A DNA stretch of 63,793 bases, the filler included, from Octopus bimaculoides (taxonomy: Eukaryota), in NCBI RefSeq assembly GCF_001194135.2. It is 10 parts of 9 records of this genome, joined end to end, with 100 filler letters (N's around TTAATTAATTAA, not from the genome) between each part and the next. Parts side by side here need not be neighbours in the genome. Positions count along the whole stretch, not along the records: positions 20,818 to 29,536 come from NC_068988.1; positions 29,637 to 35,877 come from NC_068982.1; positions 35,978 to 45,259 come from NC_069010.1; 7 more parts are not named here. One strand, given 5' to 3'. The position numbers and the translations under genes are program-made. The notes under the pieces were generated by a model that worked only from the letters and a program-made list of their open reading frames with translations, searched no databases and had not been told where the DNA came from. Positions 29,031 through 41,499 of this stretch are shown here, one piece after another; within the stretch, counting starts at the first letter, position 1; each line of letters starts with the position of its first letter.

Positions 29031-30483
29031 TACAGGCAAATAATACCAGGACAAATGAACTGCTGCTAAGCATATAGCCCGGCATGCTAACGATCCTGCT
29101 AGCACACCGCCGTTAATGTGTGTGAGAGTGTGTCTGTGTCTGCGTATGTGTGTGCATGTATGTGTGTGTAAAGGTAGATGCATACAAAATATACACATAC
29201 AGTGCATGCATCTGTACAAGCACACATACATATACATGTATATGTGCTCGTGTGTGCGTGTGTTGTGTGTGTGTGTGTGTATGAGTAAGAGAATATGCGC
29301 GCGCGCGAGAGAGAGAGTATATATACAAAATATACACATATATTGCATGCACCTGTACAAGCACACAAACTTATACATGTATATGTGTGTGTGTGTGTTG
29401 TGTATGTGTGTGTGTGTGAGTGTGTGCGCGTGCGTGTGTGTGTTGTGTGTGTGCGTTGTGTGTGTGTGTGTGTGTGTGTGAAAGTAAGTGAATATGCGCG
29501 CGAGAGAGAGAGAGTAGATATATACAAAATATACACNNNNNNNNNNNNNNNNNNNNNNNNNNNNNNNNNNNNNNNNNNNNTTAATTAATTAANNNNNNNN
29601 NNNNNNNNNNNNNNNNNNNNNNNNNNNNNNNNNNNNTATATATATATATATATATATATATGATGATAGTCTCAAGTAGTCTGAGAAAGACGGCTCTACA
29701 GTTTCTTGTTGCAAAGCCTGCACAAATGATTTTTTTTTTATAGTGATAAAATGCTTGAGCTGTGCGTTAGCTCACTTCCTCGATCAAATTAACATTGCCT
29801 GAATAGGTTCACGGCATACTGCATGTCATGTGTGGAAGTGATGACAGTGCAATGTGCAATGAAGTGCTTTGTTTAAGAACAAAGCGCACCAACCGATCTA
29901 TTAATGGAAATCACGAACTCGCTAACGTGAGTGTCACACCCTATTCACCAAGCATGTGTCCTCACAGATTCTTTACAGCACGTCTAATTTATATCTCTTA
30001 ATTTTCTAATTAAGTTTATTAATTTAACAATATGATTAATTAACAAAATTATTTATATTTTATGAAAGAGTGCTTGATATTGAACTAGAAAAGGTTCAGC
30101 AGGAGGCTTGCTTAACTTCAGGAAATAAAACGTGTTTTAGTGCTACAATTAGATTTGATTGTATCTGATGTGACCCAGTATTAGAAACTATAATGAACCA
30201 GTCAACTCTCACATACTTCATGCTGGGACAGTCAAACATCTTAAATTATATAATTTGTGAAACTGAGAAGTAAAAAAAAAAACGTTATATCATTAATTCT
30301 GGTTAAGATAGTGAGGGGAGAATACTCCAAAATGTTTATTATTAGTAGTAATTTCATTGTAATAGTTCACTAAGACATATTGACAAAACGTTTTGATAAC
30401 AGCCCTGCTGTTGTGTTTTTACTGATTCTTTATCATTAACTGAGCCACTGCTCTCTTTCTAAAACTTTAGAAAGAGAGACAGC

Positions 30484-30585
30484 AATTCATTACCACGTCA
30501 CAGCAGTTCATGACCACGTTACATTTCATAACTACGTCACAAAAATTCATGACCACGTCACAGCAGTTCATAACCATGTCACAAA
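30484..30585. repeat. Minisatellite, about 21-bp unit, 5 copies
   Basis: Consensus ttcatgaccacgtcacagcag, with units starting at 30486, 30507, 30525, 30546 and 30567. Confidence 0.85.
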
Positions 30586-32899
30586 AGTGGTATTATAGGA
30601 CAGTGTTTAATAATTGTCTACCTACTTCCCTGAGGCGCTGTTGATTATTAAAATAATCATACTATTACATTAATATAATGGTTTTATTTTCCGACTATGT
30701 ATGTAATAGTTTCCTTTAGCAATTTTTGGCTCACTATTTTTAGCAGCAGCGATTTAGCTGTTTGCTTTTCATGAAAAAAGCATCGCTCAATACATTCCCT
30801 TTCTCAATCAATCTTTAACGTTGTCAGCGCTATCGGTGTTTATTAACTCTATAGTGTTTACGCTTCTTTGCCACAATAGGTCGAATAGTTTAGCAACTCC
30901 TGTTAATTAATATATTTCACCGAGGGCGTCTAATAAGGTTGAAACATGTCTTAACCTAACCCCGTAGCTATGAAATATCACACTCACCCCACCCCACCCC
31001 ACTACATGTCAACTTATAATATATGTATGCGTGCGTGTGTGTTTAAAATTGAGTTGTTAGTGAATGATTATCAATCCGGGCGAAATACTTTATAAGCTCT
31101 CTGTTAGTACACCAGACTAGCAATATTTTTAGATTAGTAAAGAACACCGCGTATCCTTGTGGCAGGGTCCGAGGTTATAGACCATCACCATTCTATTTTG
31201 TAAATCCATGGTTGTGCTCCAGTTATACTGCTTTTTACACAGAGTGATATACAAGACAAGACATAAGTAATGATTATTACATATTTTTATTTATGGCAGT
31301 ATGTTTAACTCACAGCTGTTTCCAGTAGTCATTAGAGGGGAGCAAAGGGAAGCAATAAGAAACAAAATAAGATAGGTGGGAGACATATAAAGAGGAAAGG
31401 GGAAGACAAGTGATGATTTGGAAGAGGCGGACTAAAATGAAGAGAAGGAAGAGAGAAAGGAATAAAAAGAATAGAGGTGGGGAAGCATTCTATAGGAAAA
31501 GGGGCAGAGGATGGCCGAAATTACGGAAAGGACAGTCATAAAAATAAAGTGATTGTAACTGAGTCATCACACATGAAAAAATTTGTATTGTTCCCAAGTC
31601 ATATACTCTCCAAATACTGTTGGATTTTAACATAGCCCACTTCATCATATGGTCAACTTAAATCTTCAGTTTTTGGTCATTTGTACTATACCACATGGTG
31701 AAGGCCTTCTCTATTCTTTTTATTCCATCATCTCTTCCTTTCTTTCTTGCTCTTCACTTTGAGTATTCCTTTTCGAAATCATCAACCTTTCCCTTCCCTC
31801 TTTATCTCCCTTCCATTTACCGTATACTGATTCTTATTGCCTCTCTTCGGTTCCCTTCTCATAACTGTGCTATTCCTTCAGTATTCTGCTTGTTTATAAA
31901 CAGAAATGACTGACGAAAGTAGCATTAATTTTTTTAGATCTTTCAATTTTTTATTAATTGATCATTGAACCGATCCAATAAACTTGTCAATAGCGAACCT
32001 ATTATGATTACTCGAAACAACTGTAACTCAAACTCACTACAATAAGGAAAAACTTGAAATAAACATTACTTACGTCTTGTGTCTCTCTCCTTCTCTCTCT
32101 CTCTCTTTCTATATATATATATATATATNNNNNNNNNNNNNNNNNNNNNNNNNNNNNNNNNNNNNNNNNNNNNNNNNNNNNNNNNNNNNNNNNNNNNNNN
32201 NNNNNNNNNNNNNNNNNNNNNNNNNNNNNNNNNNNNNNNNNNNNNNNNNNNNNNNNNNNNNNNNNNNNNNNNNNNNNNNNNNNNNNNNNNNNNNNNNNNN
32301 NNNNNNNNNNNNNNNNNNNNNNNNNNNNNNNNNNNNNNNNNNNNNNNNNNNNNNNNNNNNNNNNNNNNNNNNNNNNNNNNNNNNNNNNNNNNNNNNNNNN
32401 NNNNNNNNNNNNNNNNNNNNNNNNNNNNNNNNNNNNNNNNNNNNNNNNNNNNNNNNNNNNNNNNNNNNNNNNNNNNNNNNNNNNNNNNNNNNNNNNNNNN
32501 NNNNNNNNNNNNNNNNNNNNNNNNNNNNNNNNNNNNNNNNNNNNNNNNNNNNNNNNNNNNNNNNNNNNNNNNNNNNNNNNNNNNNNNNNNNNNNNNNNNN
32601 NNNNNNNNNNNNNNNNNNNNNNNNNNNNNNNNNNNNNNNNNNNNNNNNNNNNNNNNNNNNNNNNNNNNNNNNNNNNNNNNNNNNNNNNNNNNNNNNNNNN
32701 NNNNNNNNNNNNNNNNNNNNNNNNNNNNNNNNNNNNNNNNNNNNNNNNNNNNNNNNNNNNNNNNNNNNNNNNNNNNNNNNNNNNNNNNNNNNNNNNNNNN
32801 NNNNNNNNNNNNNNNNNNNNNNNNNNNNNNNNNNNNNNNNNNNNNNNNNNNNNNNNNNTGAACAGGATTGCGGATTATAAGTCGTATATTAGCGTGTGT

Positions 32900-33328
32900 A
32901 TATGTAAATATATAAAAATAAAAAGATAAAGAGAGCAAAGTTAAGGTTGGAGAAGTATTTTATGGATAGAGTCTTACAGCTGTTTCTGGGATACTTTTAG
33001 TATGAAGTGGTAAAGAGTGTGATGCGCTGAAAAAATAGAGAACAGTACTTGAAGTGTAGTTTCATCTACACGGATTTTTACTACTGGAATGAAACTACAC
33101 TTCAAGTACTGTTCTCTCTTTTTTCAGCGCATCACACTCTTTACCACTTCATACTAAAAATATCCGCCTATGGATATAATAAGAGATTACTTTATTTTTT
33201 CTGTCTCCGATGAAGGGAAGTACTGGATCTTCCCAGAAACAGCTGTAAGACTCTATCCATAAAATACTTCTCCAACCTTACCATTGCTCTCTTTATCTTT
33301 TTATTTTTATTTTTATATATTTACATAT
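32900..33328. mobile_element. Fold-back Penelope-like terminal repeat with an HHR motif in the right arm (33203-33251, plus strand)
   Basis: Arms 32900-33065 and 33089-33328 are reverse complements. The right arm has about 70 extra nt supplying GTCT-CCGATGA-A-GGGAAG(TACTGGAT)CTTCCC-A-GAAAC-AGCT-GTA-AGAC. Confidence 0.75.
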
Positions 33329-33374
33329 GTTTGTATATATATATATACATGTATATATATATGTATATATATTT

Positions 33375-33660
33375 ATAATCATAAATATACAGGGATTAGC
33401 ATTGAGTTGCTTCTCCAACATACTGAAAATTTAGAAATAGCAGTCAAAGAACTACTGATTCTAAACTACAAATTTTTCTCTAAATGGATGGCGATATTTA
33501 TGGCACACATAGAACAAAAAAACCGGAGGGGAAAGCTACCGTGAATTTTTTTAGAGACACTTTCAAATTTATCAGAATATCGGACTGATGATTTTGGAAT
33601 AGGGATTTTTCATTCTCTTAACCATGAAACGATCATATCCGATTAACTAAAGACTTGTAC
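33375..33660 (+). mobile_element. Repeat shared with 63455-63675; possible internally deleted Penelope-type RT relic
   Basis: About 170 bp nearly identical to 63455-63612. One frame reads ELLILNYKFF..AIFMAHIEQK, which resembles the PLE RT segment A-x-x-FM-x-x-x-E-x-K. The homology is inference only. Confidence 0.45.
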
Positions 33661-33980
33661 CTTATTGCAAGACAACGCCAGACCACACATCGCAAAAATG
33701 ACATTTGTGAAAGTATAGAAGTTGGAGTTGTAAGTTCTTCATCATACACCATACTCACCTGATCTTGCCCCCGCTGACTGCCACTTCACGCCTTCCAAGA
33801 TTTTATTGACTCTAGTTTGCCAGGCTTTTGCAGTTTCGGGGTGGACAAGCTACCGATGAAATGGCAAAAGTGTATTGACAATATGGGTGCATACTTTCAG
33901 AATAAAACTATTCCTTGTATTTATAAAACAATAGCAAACTTTTTTCTTTTCTACAAGTTTCATGCTTGACGACTTAATAT
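33661..33980 (+). mobile_element. Decayed mariner transposase 3' end
   Basis: LQDNARPHIA and HTPYSPDLAPADCHF (mariner YSPDLAPxD motif), with stops. Confidence 0.85.
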
Positions 33981-34331
33981 TTATACATACATACATACAA
34001 AGTTATAAATACATAAAAATACAAAACATTATATAGATAGCCGTATGCAATGTGTTACCAAAAAGGAAAACTATAATTGTGACTAAATTTGACTATATAT
34101 ATGTGTGTGTGTGCATGTATGTGTGTGTANNNNNNNNNNNNNNNNNNNNNNNNNNNNNNNNNNNNNNNNNNNNNNNNNNNNNNNNNNNNNNNNNNNNNNN
34201 NNNNNNNNNNNNNNNNNNNNNNNNNNNNNNNNNNNNNNNNNNNNNNNNNNNNNNNNNNNNNNNNNNNNNNNNNNNNNNNNNNNNNNNNNNNNNNNNNNNN
34301 NNNNNNNNNNNNNNNNNNNNNNNNNNNNNNN

Positions 34332-34368
<37 letters not shown>

Positions 34369-35624
34369 GTATGTATATAAAGACCCATTTTGGTTACGAA
34401 GGAGATGTAAGATGTTGTAGTTTTGTTCGTGTTTTCTATGTGTATGATGCTGTGAATAATTTAGAAGAAATATATGTCATTTGTAAAGTATTGAAATATC
34501 ATACAAACTTTTGCAATGAAAAGCTTTTTTAGATAGTAATGATCTATAGTTCTTTCTTTTCACGATTGTCTGTCTTGGCAAAATATTTTGAAATGTAGAA
34601 AACTATCTGTATATTTATAAATATTATTCCAGTGTATAGCTTGCATAATGTTTATAATCGTCTGACTTATTTTCCATAATATTTGCAATTAATCTATATT
34701 TTTCATTTTCTGGAATTCGTTGTTTTCACTTTATATTTTTCTCACGTAAATCAGAAAGTAATATAAAATAAATGACACAATTTTACGATGAATGTTTGAA
34801 GTTTCATTTTACTAATTCCAGTCTTTTCTCTTACTTTCATCAAAAATTTAATTTTACTATCTATTTATATTGTTATTAATTATCTGTTCCTCAAAATACA
34901 AAGCTTTTGTTGCTTATGTATTTCAAACTACCATAAACAAGTTATGTAATTAATTGTATTTTCAGTAAATTCCTTCATAAAGTATTTCTTCCGTAGCGAA
35001 TGACGGAAGCAGTAAACTCCTTGTTCGGTTTCAAACTAATATAAACCAGCTAATGCATTAAATATGTTATGAATATTCATATGAAAGAAAATAGATTATC
35101 TAGCAATCAATACTTAATCAATAAATTAATCAAATGAGGAAAAGCGAGCGTTGTTTTCAATTCGGCAGAAGATAGGAGTGTCTGACTGTGATGCTCACTT
35201 GGCAACTACGTATTTCGAGTTCGACTCAAGCCTGCAGCATATAATAACACTGCCTTTGACTATGACGACCGGTGAAACAAAGCTCTTCGTTATAGTAAAA
35301 GTGAATGACATTTTCTTTTTCATGAACTGTTCTGTATCTGTGTCATTAATATATATATATATATATAAATATATATATATATATGAGCGACGGGCTTCTC
35401 TCTTGTCTACCAAATTCATTCACAAGGATTTGGTCACCACAGAGCTATAGTAGAAGACATTTACCCGAGGTGTCACGCAGTAGGACTGAATACGGGGTTT
35501 TGAAGTAAACATCTTGCCACACAGTCCCACCTGCGCGTACATCACACACATACACACTCTCACACACACGCACGCACACATAGACACCCCCGCACACAAA
35601 CACACACACACATATTCTTTTCAT

Positions 35625-35844
35625 TCTTTTATTCTTTTATTTGTTTCAGTCCTTTGACTGCGCATCATGTTGGAGAAGCGGACTGAAATATTTTTCGTCG
35701 AACAAATCGTTGTCAAGACCTATTTTTGAAGCCTAATTCTACCAGTTATTTTGCCGAACCACTGAGTTACGGAGACGTAAACACACCAAGCGGTGACAGG
35801 GGGACAAACACAGACAGAAAGACACACATACACACACACATACA

Positions 35845-35877
<33 letters not shown>

Positions 35878-36168
35878 NNNNNNNNNNNNNNNNNNNNNNN
35901 NNNNNNNNNNNNNNNNNNNNNTTAATTAATTAANNNNNNNNNNNNNNNNNNNNNNNNNNNNNNNNNNNNNNNNNNNNACATACATATATATATACATATA
36001 TATACGACTGGCTTCTTTCAGTTTCCGTCTACCAAATCCACTCACAGGGCTTTGGTTGGCCCGAGGCTATAATAGCAGACACTTGCCCAAGGTGCCACAC
36101 AGTGGGAATGAACCCGGAACAATGTGGTTGGTAAGCAAGCTACCTACCACACAGCCACCCCTGCGCCT
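35625..36168 (-). mobile_element. CORE-like SINE spanning an assembly gap
   Basis: The tail before the gap and the head after it match the 21387 family. Confidence 0.75.
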
Positions 36169-36549
36169 ATATACTTATACTTAACTATTCATCGTCTGCA
36201 AGTCTTCACTCTTTCTTTTCTCACATTTTGCATGTATACATATACACATATTTCGTATTTCATACCCAAACTGTTATATTTAACAGATCTCATTTGTTTA
36301 TCTGCATAATTGCCTATATGCAATCATACCTCACCCTACGTCGTTAATTAGTTCCAGAGGACACGATTTAGGCAAAAAAAAAAAAAACGATTTAAGTCGA
36401 AATAACCATTATTTAAATGTATACACATGTAATAATTAAAACCTAGGCTAGCTTAGATCGTTTTTCTTATGTAAGCCTACGAATTTGGTAAATTGTTAAA
36501 CAAATCTAGGCTGCTTCTATATTAGAAAGAAATAATTTCAAATACTGTA

Positions 36550-36710
36550 CCTACCTGATCGCAGACGTTGGTTTTACTCGTTGAGGGCTGTTCTGACGGT
36601 GTAGATCGTTGGGCGAACTTGTCTAGAGTTCCTTGGATTGTCTTTTTTCTTCTTCTCGTCAAGGATCAGGTAATAAGGTGCAATTGTATCTTGACAAATC
36701 CCCACCCCCC
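36550..36710 (-). mobile_element. pogo/Tigger transposase C-terminal relic
   Basis: With one frameshift: PYYLILDEKKKK/TIQGTLDKFAQRSTPSEQPSTS, resembling the Tigger C-terminal EKK..Q..LD.F motif. Confidence 0.5.
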
Positions 36711-37082
36711 AATACTTTTACAAAACGTTGTGCACTGGGCCGATCAAACTCTTGTTAGTGGATTTGGTAGATGGAGACTGAAAGAAGCCCGTTATGTGTG
36801 TGTGTGTGTAAAATCGGGAAGAACCCCAAACCTGTTGGCCCTTTTTAAGAGGTCTTGGGCCAACAGGTTTTGGGATCTGACGATACACCATAAAGCTAGA
36901 TCCTTTACGGACTATAAATCTAAGGTAATTCCATAAACCGGCCTTCCCCATTTTTAATATATACTGCTTCTTTTGGATTTATGATTTTTACAGAAGATAT
37001 ACATATACGTTCTTAATTTGTGAATTAAGGCTGTCATTGGTTTCATGTTAGGAAGATTAGGAGAACATCTAATTATTTTGAT

Positions 37083-37539
37083 AATTTTTCAAGTCGATCA
37101 CACGGGGAAAAGTGTTCGCCTCCATTTTGGAAAACAATCTCATTTCCACGCGGCATTCCTCGTAAAGTTGCATGAATGAAACAATGAAGCAATGAATCAA
37201 GGGACGCTACTCAGAAGGCACTTTTTGGAGTTTGTCTCCCTTGGATTTTTCTTTTTGGTAAATTTCTTAATTTTTTTTTGTAATTAATTGTATGTTTTTG
37301 TTCTGGGCACAGTGTTTTGTACTCGTGTATTGTGACTTGTTTCTTCTTTGTGTGGAGTTTGTGGCATTTCTTCTTTGTAGTGTGAAGTTTGTGTGCTATG
37401 TGTGTTCACGTATATGGAGAGGGCTGTCCTGGTAGGGTAACCCTCGTTTATAGAGGGTCTTCTTTATCCCGTGAATGAAACGAGACTGTTTTCCAAAATG
37501 AAGGCGAACACCTTTTTCCATGTGGTCATAGAAAAAATT
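37083..37539. mobile_element. Old MITE-like element with about 60-bp imperfect inverted repeats
   Basis: aatttttcaag...gtgttcgcctccattttggaaaacaatctc versus gagactgttttccaaaatgaaggcgaacac...gaaaaaatt. Confidence 0.55.
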
Positions 37540-37668
37540 GTTACGGTACTTGGATATTCTCCTACTCTTCTTAACACGAAAACCAATGGTAAACTTAATT
37601 CACAAATAAAGAAATCAGCTATCCACCAATGCGGCGTTGAGCACTCATTCTAACATTCTACACACACA

Positions 37669-37710
<42 letters not shown>

Positions 37711-38035
37711 TAATGGGCTTCTTTCAGTTTCCATCTACCAAATCTACTAACAAGATTTTGGTCGGCCCAGATCTGTAACAGAAGACACTTGCCCAAGGTA
37801 CCACGCAGTGGAACACATGTATTGAAATTTTCGTACGTATCAAACTGTCTTCAAACCTAGGAGTTTTGCCTCTTTCTATTCGGTGATTTGTAATTATTTT
37901 GGGCATATTCCTGTAAATTGGTCAATTTACAAGAGTCCGCAAGTGGAATTTACCCATTTGCAGATGAACACTAGCTCAGTTCTCGTTGCGCTACGCTGGT
38001 GAAGCGTACAGGATGAGGGGCGAAATGCTTGTGAC

Positions 38036-38364
38036 CAGTGCCGGATTTAAGACAAATGAGGCTCTGTGCTAGTTAAGCTGGACATTCACACATACAGGCT
38101 CAAGAAATTTAGCAGTAGTTAAAATATTACGAGTTACCAGATCAATTTATTTATTTATTTATGTGTTTCAGCCAAGTGGCTGCGGTCATGCTGGTGCACC
38201 ACCGTGAAAATATCAGTGCCCCGGGTAAAACAAGTCTTAGTTAAATTTGCTGGGGCAGGAAGTCTTAGTCAAATTATTGAGGTACGAAGATGACTTCCCT
38301 CCTTTCCTGGTCAAGGGTGCCCTGTGCTTAAGCATACCTAAGCACAATGGTAAATCTGGCACTT
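38036..38364. mobile_element. hAT-type MITE with 8-bp target-site duplication
   Basis: Termini CAGTGCCGGATTTA and TAAATCTGGCACTT. CTTGTGAC is present on both sides (38028-38035 and 38365-38372). A SINE tail is nested inside at about 38160-38205. Confidence 0.85.
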
Positions 38365-38605
38365 CTTGTGACGCTGAGATACCTGCTGACAGTATAGAAG
38401 GGTTTCCAGCATTAAAATGGATTTAGAAAACTTTTCTCCTGCAGTTTCTGCGTAAGGCAAAGCATCTCCGATATTTCTTTCGATGATTAAGCATTCTTAC
38501 AGAATTTATTCCATATATTTATTGCATACAACTAACGGATCCGACATGGAAGTGTTCTGGTGTCTCTAATAAAACTCTATTTGCTTGTCTATGTTTTCCA
38601 ATTGT

Positions 38606-38981
38606 GGAGGCGCAATGGCCCAGTGGTTAGGGCAGCGCACTCGCGGTTTCGATTCCCAGACCGGGCGTTGTGAGTGTTTATTGAGCGAAAACACCTAAAA
38701 GCCCCACGAGGCTCCGGCAGGGGATGGTGGGGAACCCTGCTGTACTCTTCCACCACAACTTTCTCTCACTCTTTCTTCCTGTTTCTGTTGTGCCTGTATT
38801 TTAGAGGGCCAGCCTTGTCACACTCAGTGTCACGCTGAATCCCCCCGAGAACTACGTTAAAGGTACACGTGGCTGTGGAGTGCTCAGCCGCTTGCATGTT
38901 AATTTCACGAGCAGGCTGTTCCGTTGATCGGATCAACTGGAACCCTCGACGTCGTAAGCGACGGAGTGCCTTAGCAACAAC
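38606..38981 (+). mobile_element. tRNA-Arg-like SINE (octopus OR-type), near full length
   Basis: Head ggaggcgcaatggcccagtggttagggcagcgcactcgcgg...ttcgattccc with A and B boxes, and a (CAA)-like tail. Partial reverse copies at 40452-40552 and 45360-45590. Confidence 0.8.
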
Positions 38982-38994
38982 GTTTTCCCATCGA

Positions 38995-39385
38995 CTCTTT
39001 AACCTGTTTCAGTCATTAGACTGCGGTCATGCTGGGGCACAAATCTTGAAGAACTTATTTAGTCGAATGAATTGAACCGAGTTCTTTTTAAAGCCTGATA
39101 CCCTTTCTATCGTTCTCTTATTTTTATTTGCCGAATCAACGGCGGTTGTCAAGCGGTGGTGAGGGACAAACACAGACACAAAACACACACGTGTCTATAT
39201 TCTTTTATATACTATTTATTACATCTATATATACGATGAGCTCCTTATAGTTTCCGCCTACGAAATCTGCTCACAAGGCTTTGATCGAGCCAGGGCTATA
39301 ATAGAAGACACTTCCACGAAGTAGAATTGAACCCGGATACATGCAGTTGGGAAGCAGCATTCTTACCACACAGCCACGCCTGCGA
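38995..39385 (-). mobile_element. CORE-like SINE (diverged)
   Basis: Tail gtttcagtcattagactgcggtcatgctgggg through head ...cacagccacgcctgcg. Confidence 0.75.
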
Positions 39386-39420
39386 AGTTATCCTTATTTT
39401 TCATTTGCTTTTTTGGGGGG

Positions 39421-39530
39421 TTTATATACATACTGTCCATAAATTATCTTTGCACTGAAAAATTCAGGGGAACCCCCCCCCAAAAAAAAGCAAATGAACA
39501 AAGATAATTTATGGACAGTATGTATATAAA
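39421..39530. mobile_element. Small MITE with perfect 32-bp inverted repeats
   Basis: tttatatacatactgtccataaattatctttg ... caaagataatttatggacagtatgtatataaa. The TA-containing ends fit Tc1/mariner. Confidence 0.8.
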
Positions 39531-39586
39531 GAGGCAAACTCCAGACAAACAGACAGACAGATAGATAGATATATAGATAGACAGAC

Positions 39587-39617
<31 letters not shown>

Positions 39618-41499
39618 AGAGAGAATTTTACAACTCTAAGTTGTAAAAGTATCACTGACACCGGTTTAATTTAAGGTGGCCGGACATTTGAGTAAACGGG
39701 GTATAAATTACACGTGACACCGTGAGAAATTTTTGTTAGTCACACAAAGGGATTTCCACGCGCGCGCGCGCACACACATTTTCTATGATAATGAGGCGAA
39801 AGTATCACTCGGCCAGCTTTGAGTATTTNNNNNNNNNNNNNNNNNNNNNNNNNNNNNNNNNNNNNNNNNNNNNNNNNNNNNNNNNNNNNNNNNNNNNNNN
39901 NNNNNNNNNNNNNNNNNNNNNNNNNNNNNNNNNNNNNNNNNNNNNNNNNNNNNNNNNNNNNNNNNNNNNNNNNNNNNNNNNNNNNNNNNNNNNNNNNNNN
40001 NNNNNNNNNNNNNNNNNNNNNNNNNNNNNNNNNNNNNNNNNNNNNNNNNNNNNNNNNNNNNNNNNNNNNNNNNNNNNNNNNNNNNNNNNNNNNNNNNNNN
40101 NNNNNNNNNNNNNNNNNNNNCTTCAATATTATTATTTCGCCCTCTAGCCACGAACGCCTTGTCCTAATTTAGACATAGTATATCTAGGGCTACATTATCT
40201 AATGTACCTTTCTTCGTTGTTGTTGTTTATTTCCTGATCAATCCCAAACCAGCAGACCCATTCTTTTATTTGTTTCAGCCATGCTCCAGCGGTAACGCTG
40301 GAGCACCACCGATGTTCTATTCCCAGTCTTGTTTTTTTTTCTTTTCAGTCATAGTGTATCTAGGACTACATTATTGTCGTGGTTGGTGTTAGGAAGGCCA
40401 TCTCAGTCATCGAAACCATGCCAGAACAGAAAATGGAGCCTGATAAAACAGTTTTCGCTCAATAAACACTCACAACGCTCGGTCTGGGAATCGAAACAGC
40501 GATCCTATGAGCGCGAGTCCGCTGCCCTAACCACTGGGCCATTGCGCCTCCACTACCAACCACTACCGTAAACATACAAAAGAAAAGGTGTCAGAACGTC
40601 AAACAAAAAGATGGACAGAAAAAGGCACCGAAATAAAGGGAGAAATTTGTTTTGTCAATATGATTGTAAATAACGTGATTTGATTGGTTGATTGTCTGTC
40701 ACACCTCCAGCATTGTTTTGTTATTCTTGCATGTCTCCNNNNNNNNNNNNNNNNNNNNNNNNNNNNNNNNNNNNNNNNNNNNNNNNNNNNNNNNNNNNNN
40801 NNNNNNNNNNNNNNNNNNNNNNNNNNNNNNNNNNNNNNNNNNNNNNNNNNNNNNNNNNNNNNNNNNNNNNNNNNNNNNNNNNNNNNNNNNNNNNNNNNNN
40901 NNNNNNNNNNNNNNNNNNNNNNNNNNNNNNNNNNNNNNNNNNNNNNNNNNNNNNNNNNNNNNNNNNNNNNNNNNNNNNNNNNNNNNNNNNNNNNNNNNNN
41001 NNNNNNNNNNNNNNNNNNNNNNNNNNNNNNNNNNNNNNNNNNNNNNNNNNNNNNNNNNNNNNNNNNNNNNNNNNNNNNNNNNNNNNNNNNNNNNNNNNNN
41101 NNNNNNNNNNNNNNNNNNNNNNNNNNNNNNNNNNNNNNNNNNNNNNNNNNNNNNNNNNNNNNNNNNNNNNNNNNNNNNNNNNNNNNNNNNNNNNNNNNNN
41201 NNNNNNNNNNNNNNNNNNNNNNNNNNNNNNNNNNNNNNNTTGACAACCGATGCTGGCCGATAGAATAAGTACTAGGCTTCTAAAGAATAAGTCCTGGGGT
41301 CGATTTGCTCAACTAAAAGGCGGTGCTCCAGCATGGCCACAGTCAAAAGACTGAAACAAGTAAAAGAGTAGAGAGTAATACGAAGTGAGTAAAAGGTGAC
41401 GAAAAATGTTAAGAGTTATCTTGAAAAGAGTTTCGCCCTGGGCACGTGTGAGAATTCTTCAAGAATCCGCTGGTGGCGGATTCGGAACAGCAATTGAGT

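Noticed and set aside
29170-29536. Tandem 150-200-bp units (similar case at 17260-17470)
   Set aside because: Duplicated compound microsatellite; not CRISPR-like and with no unique spacers.
35200-35260. Minus-strand GAGT(CGA)ACTC-GAAAT-AC-GTA
   Set aside because: Good stem II and GAAA but no recognisable CUGANGA.
36549-36700. CAG|GTAGGT donor on the minus strand after an open frame, as a possible HIPK exon
   Set aside because: The frame is better explained as a Tigger transposase C-terminus, and no acceptor or promoter evidence was seen.
38606-38660. tRNA-like heads as genuine tRNA genes
   Set aside because: They continue into SINE bodies and do not form complete cloverleafs.
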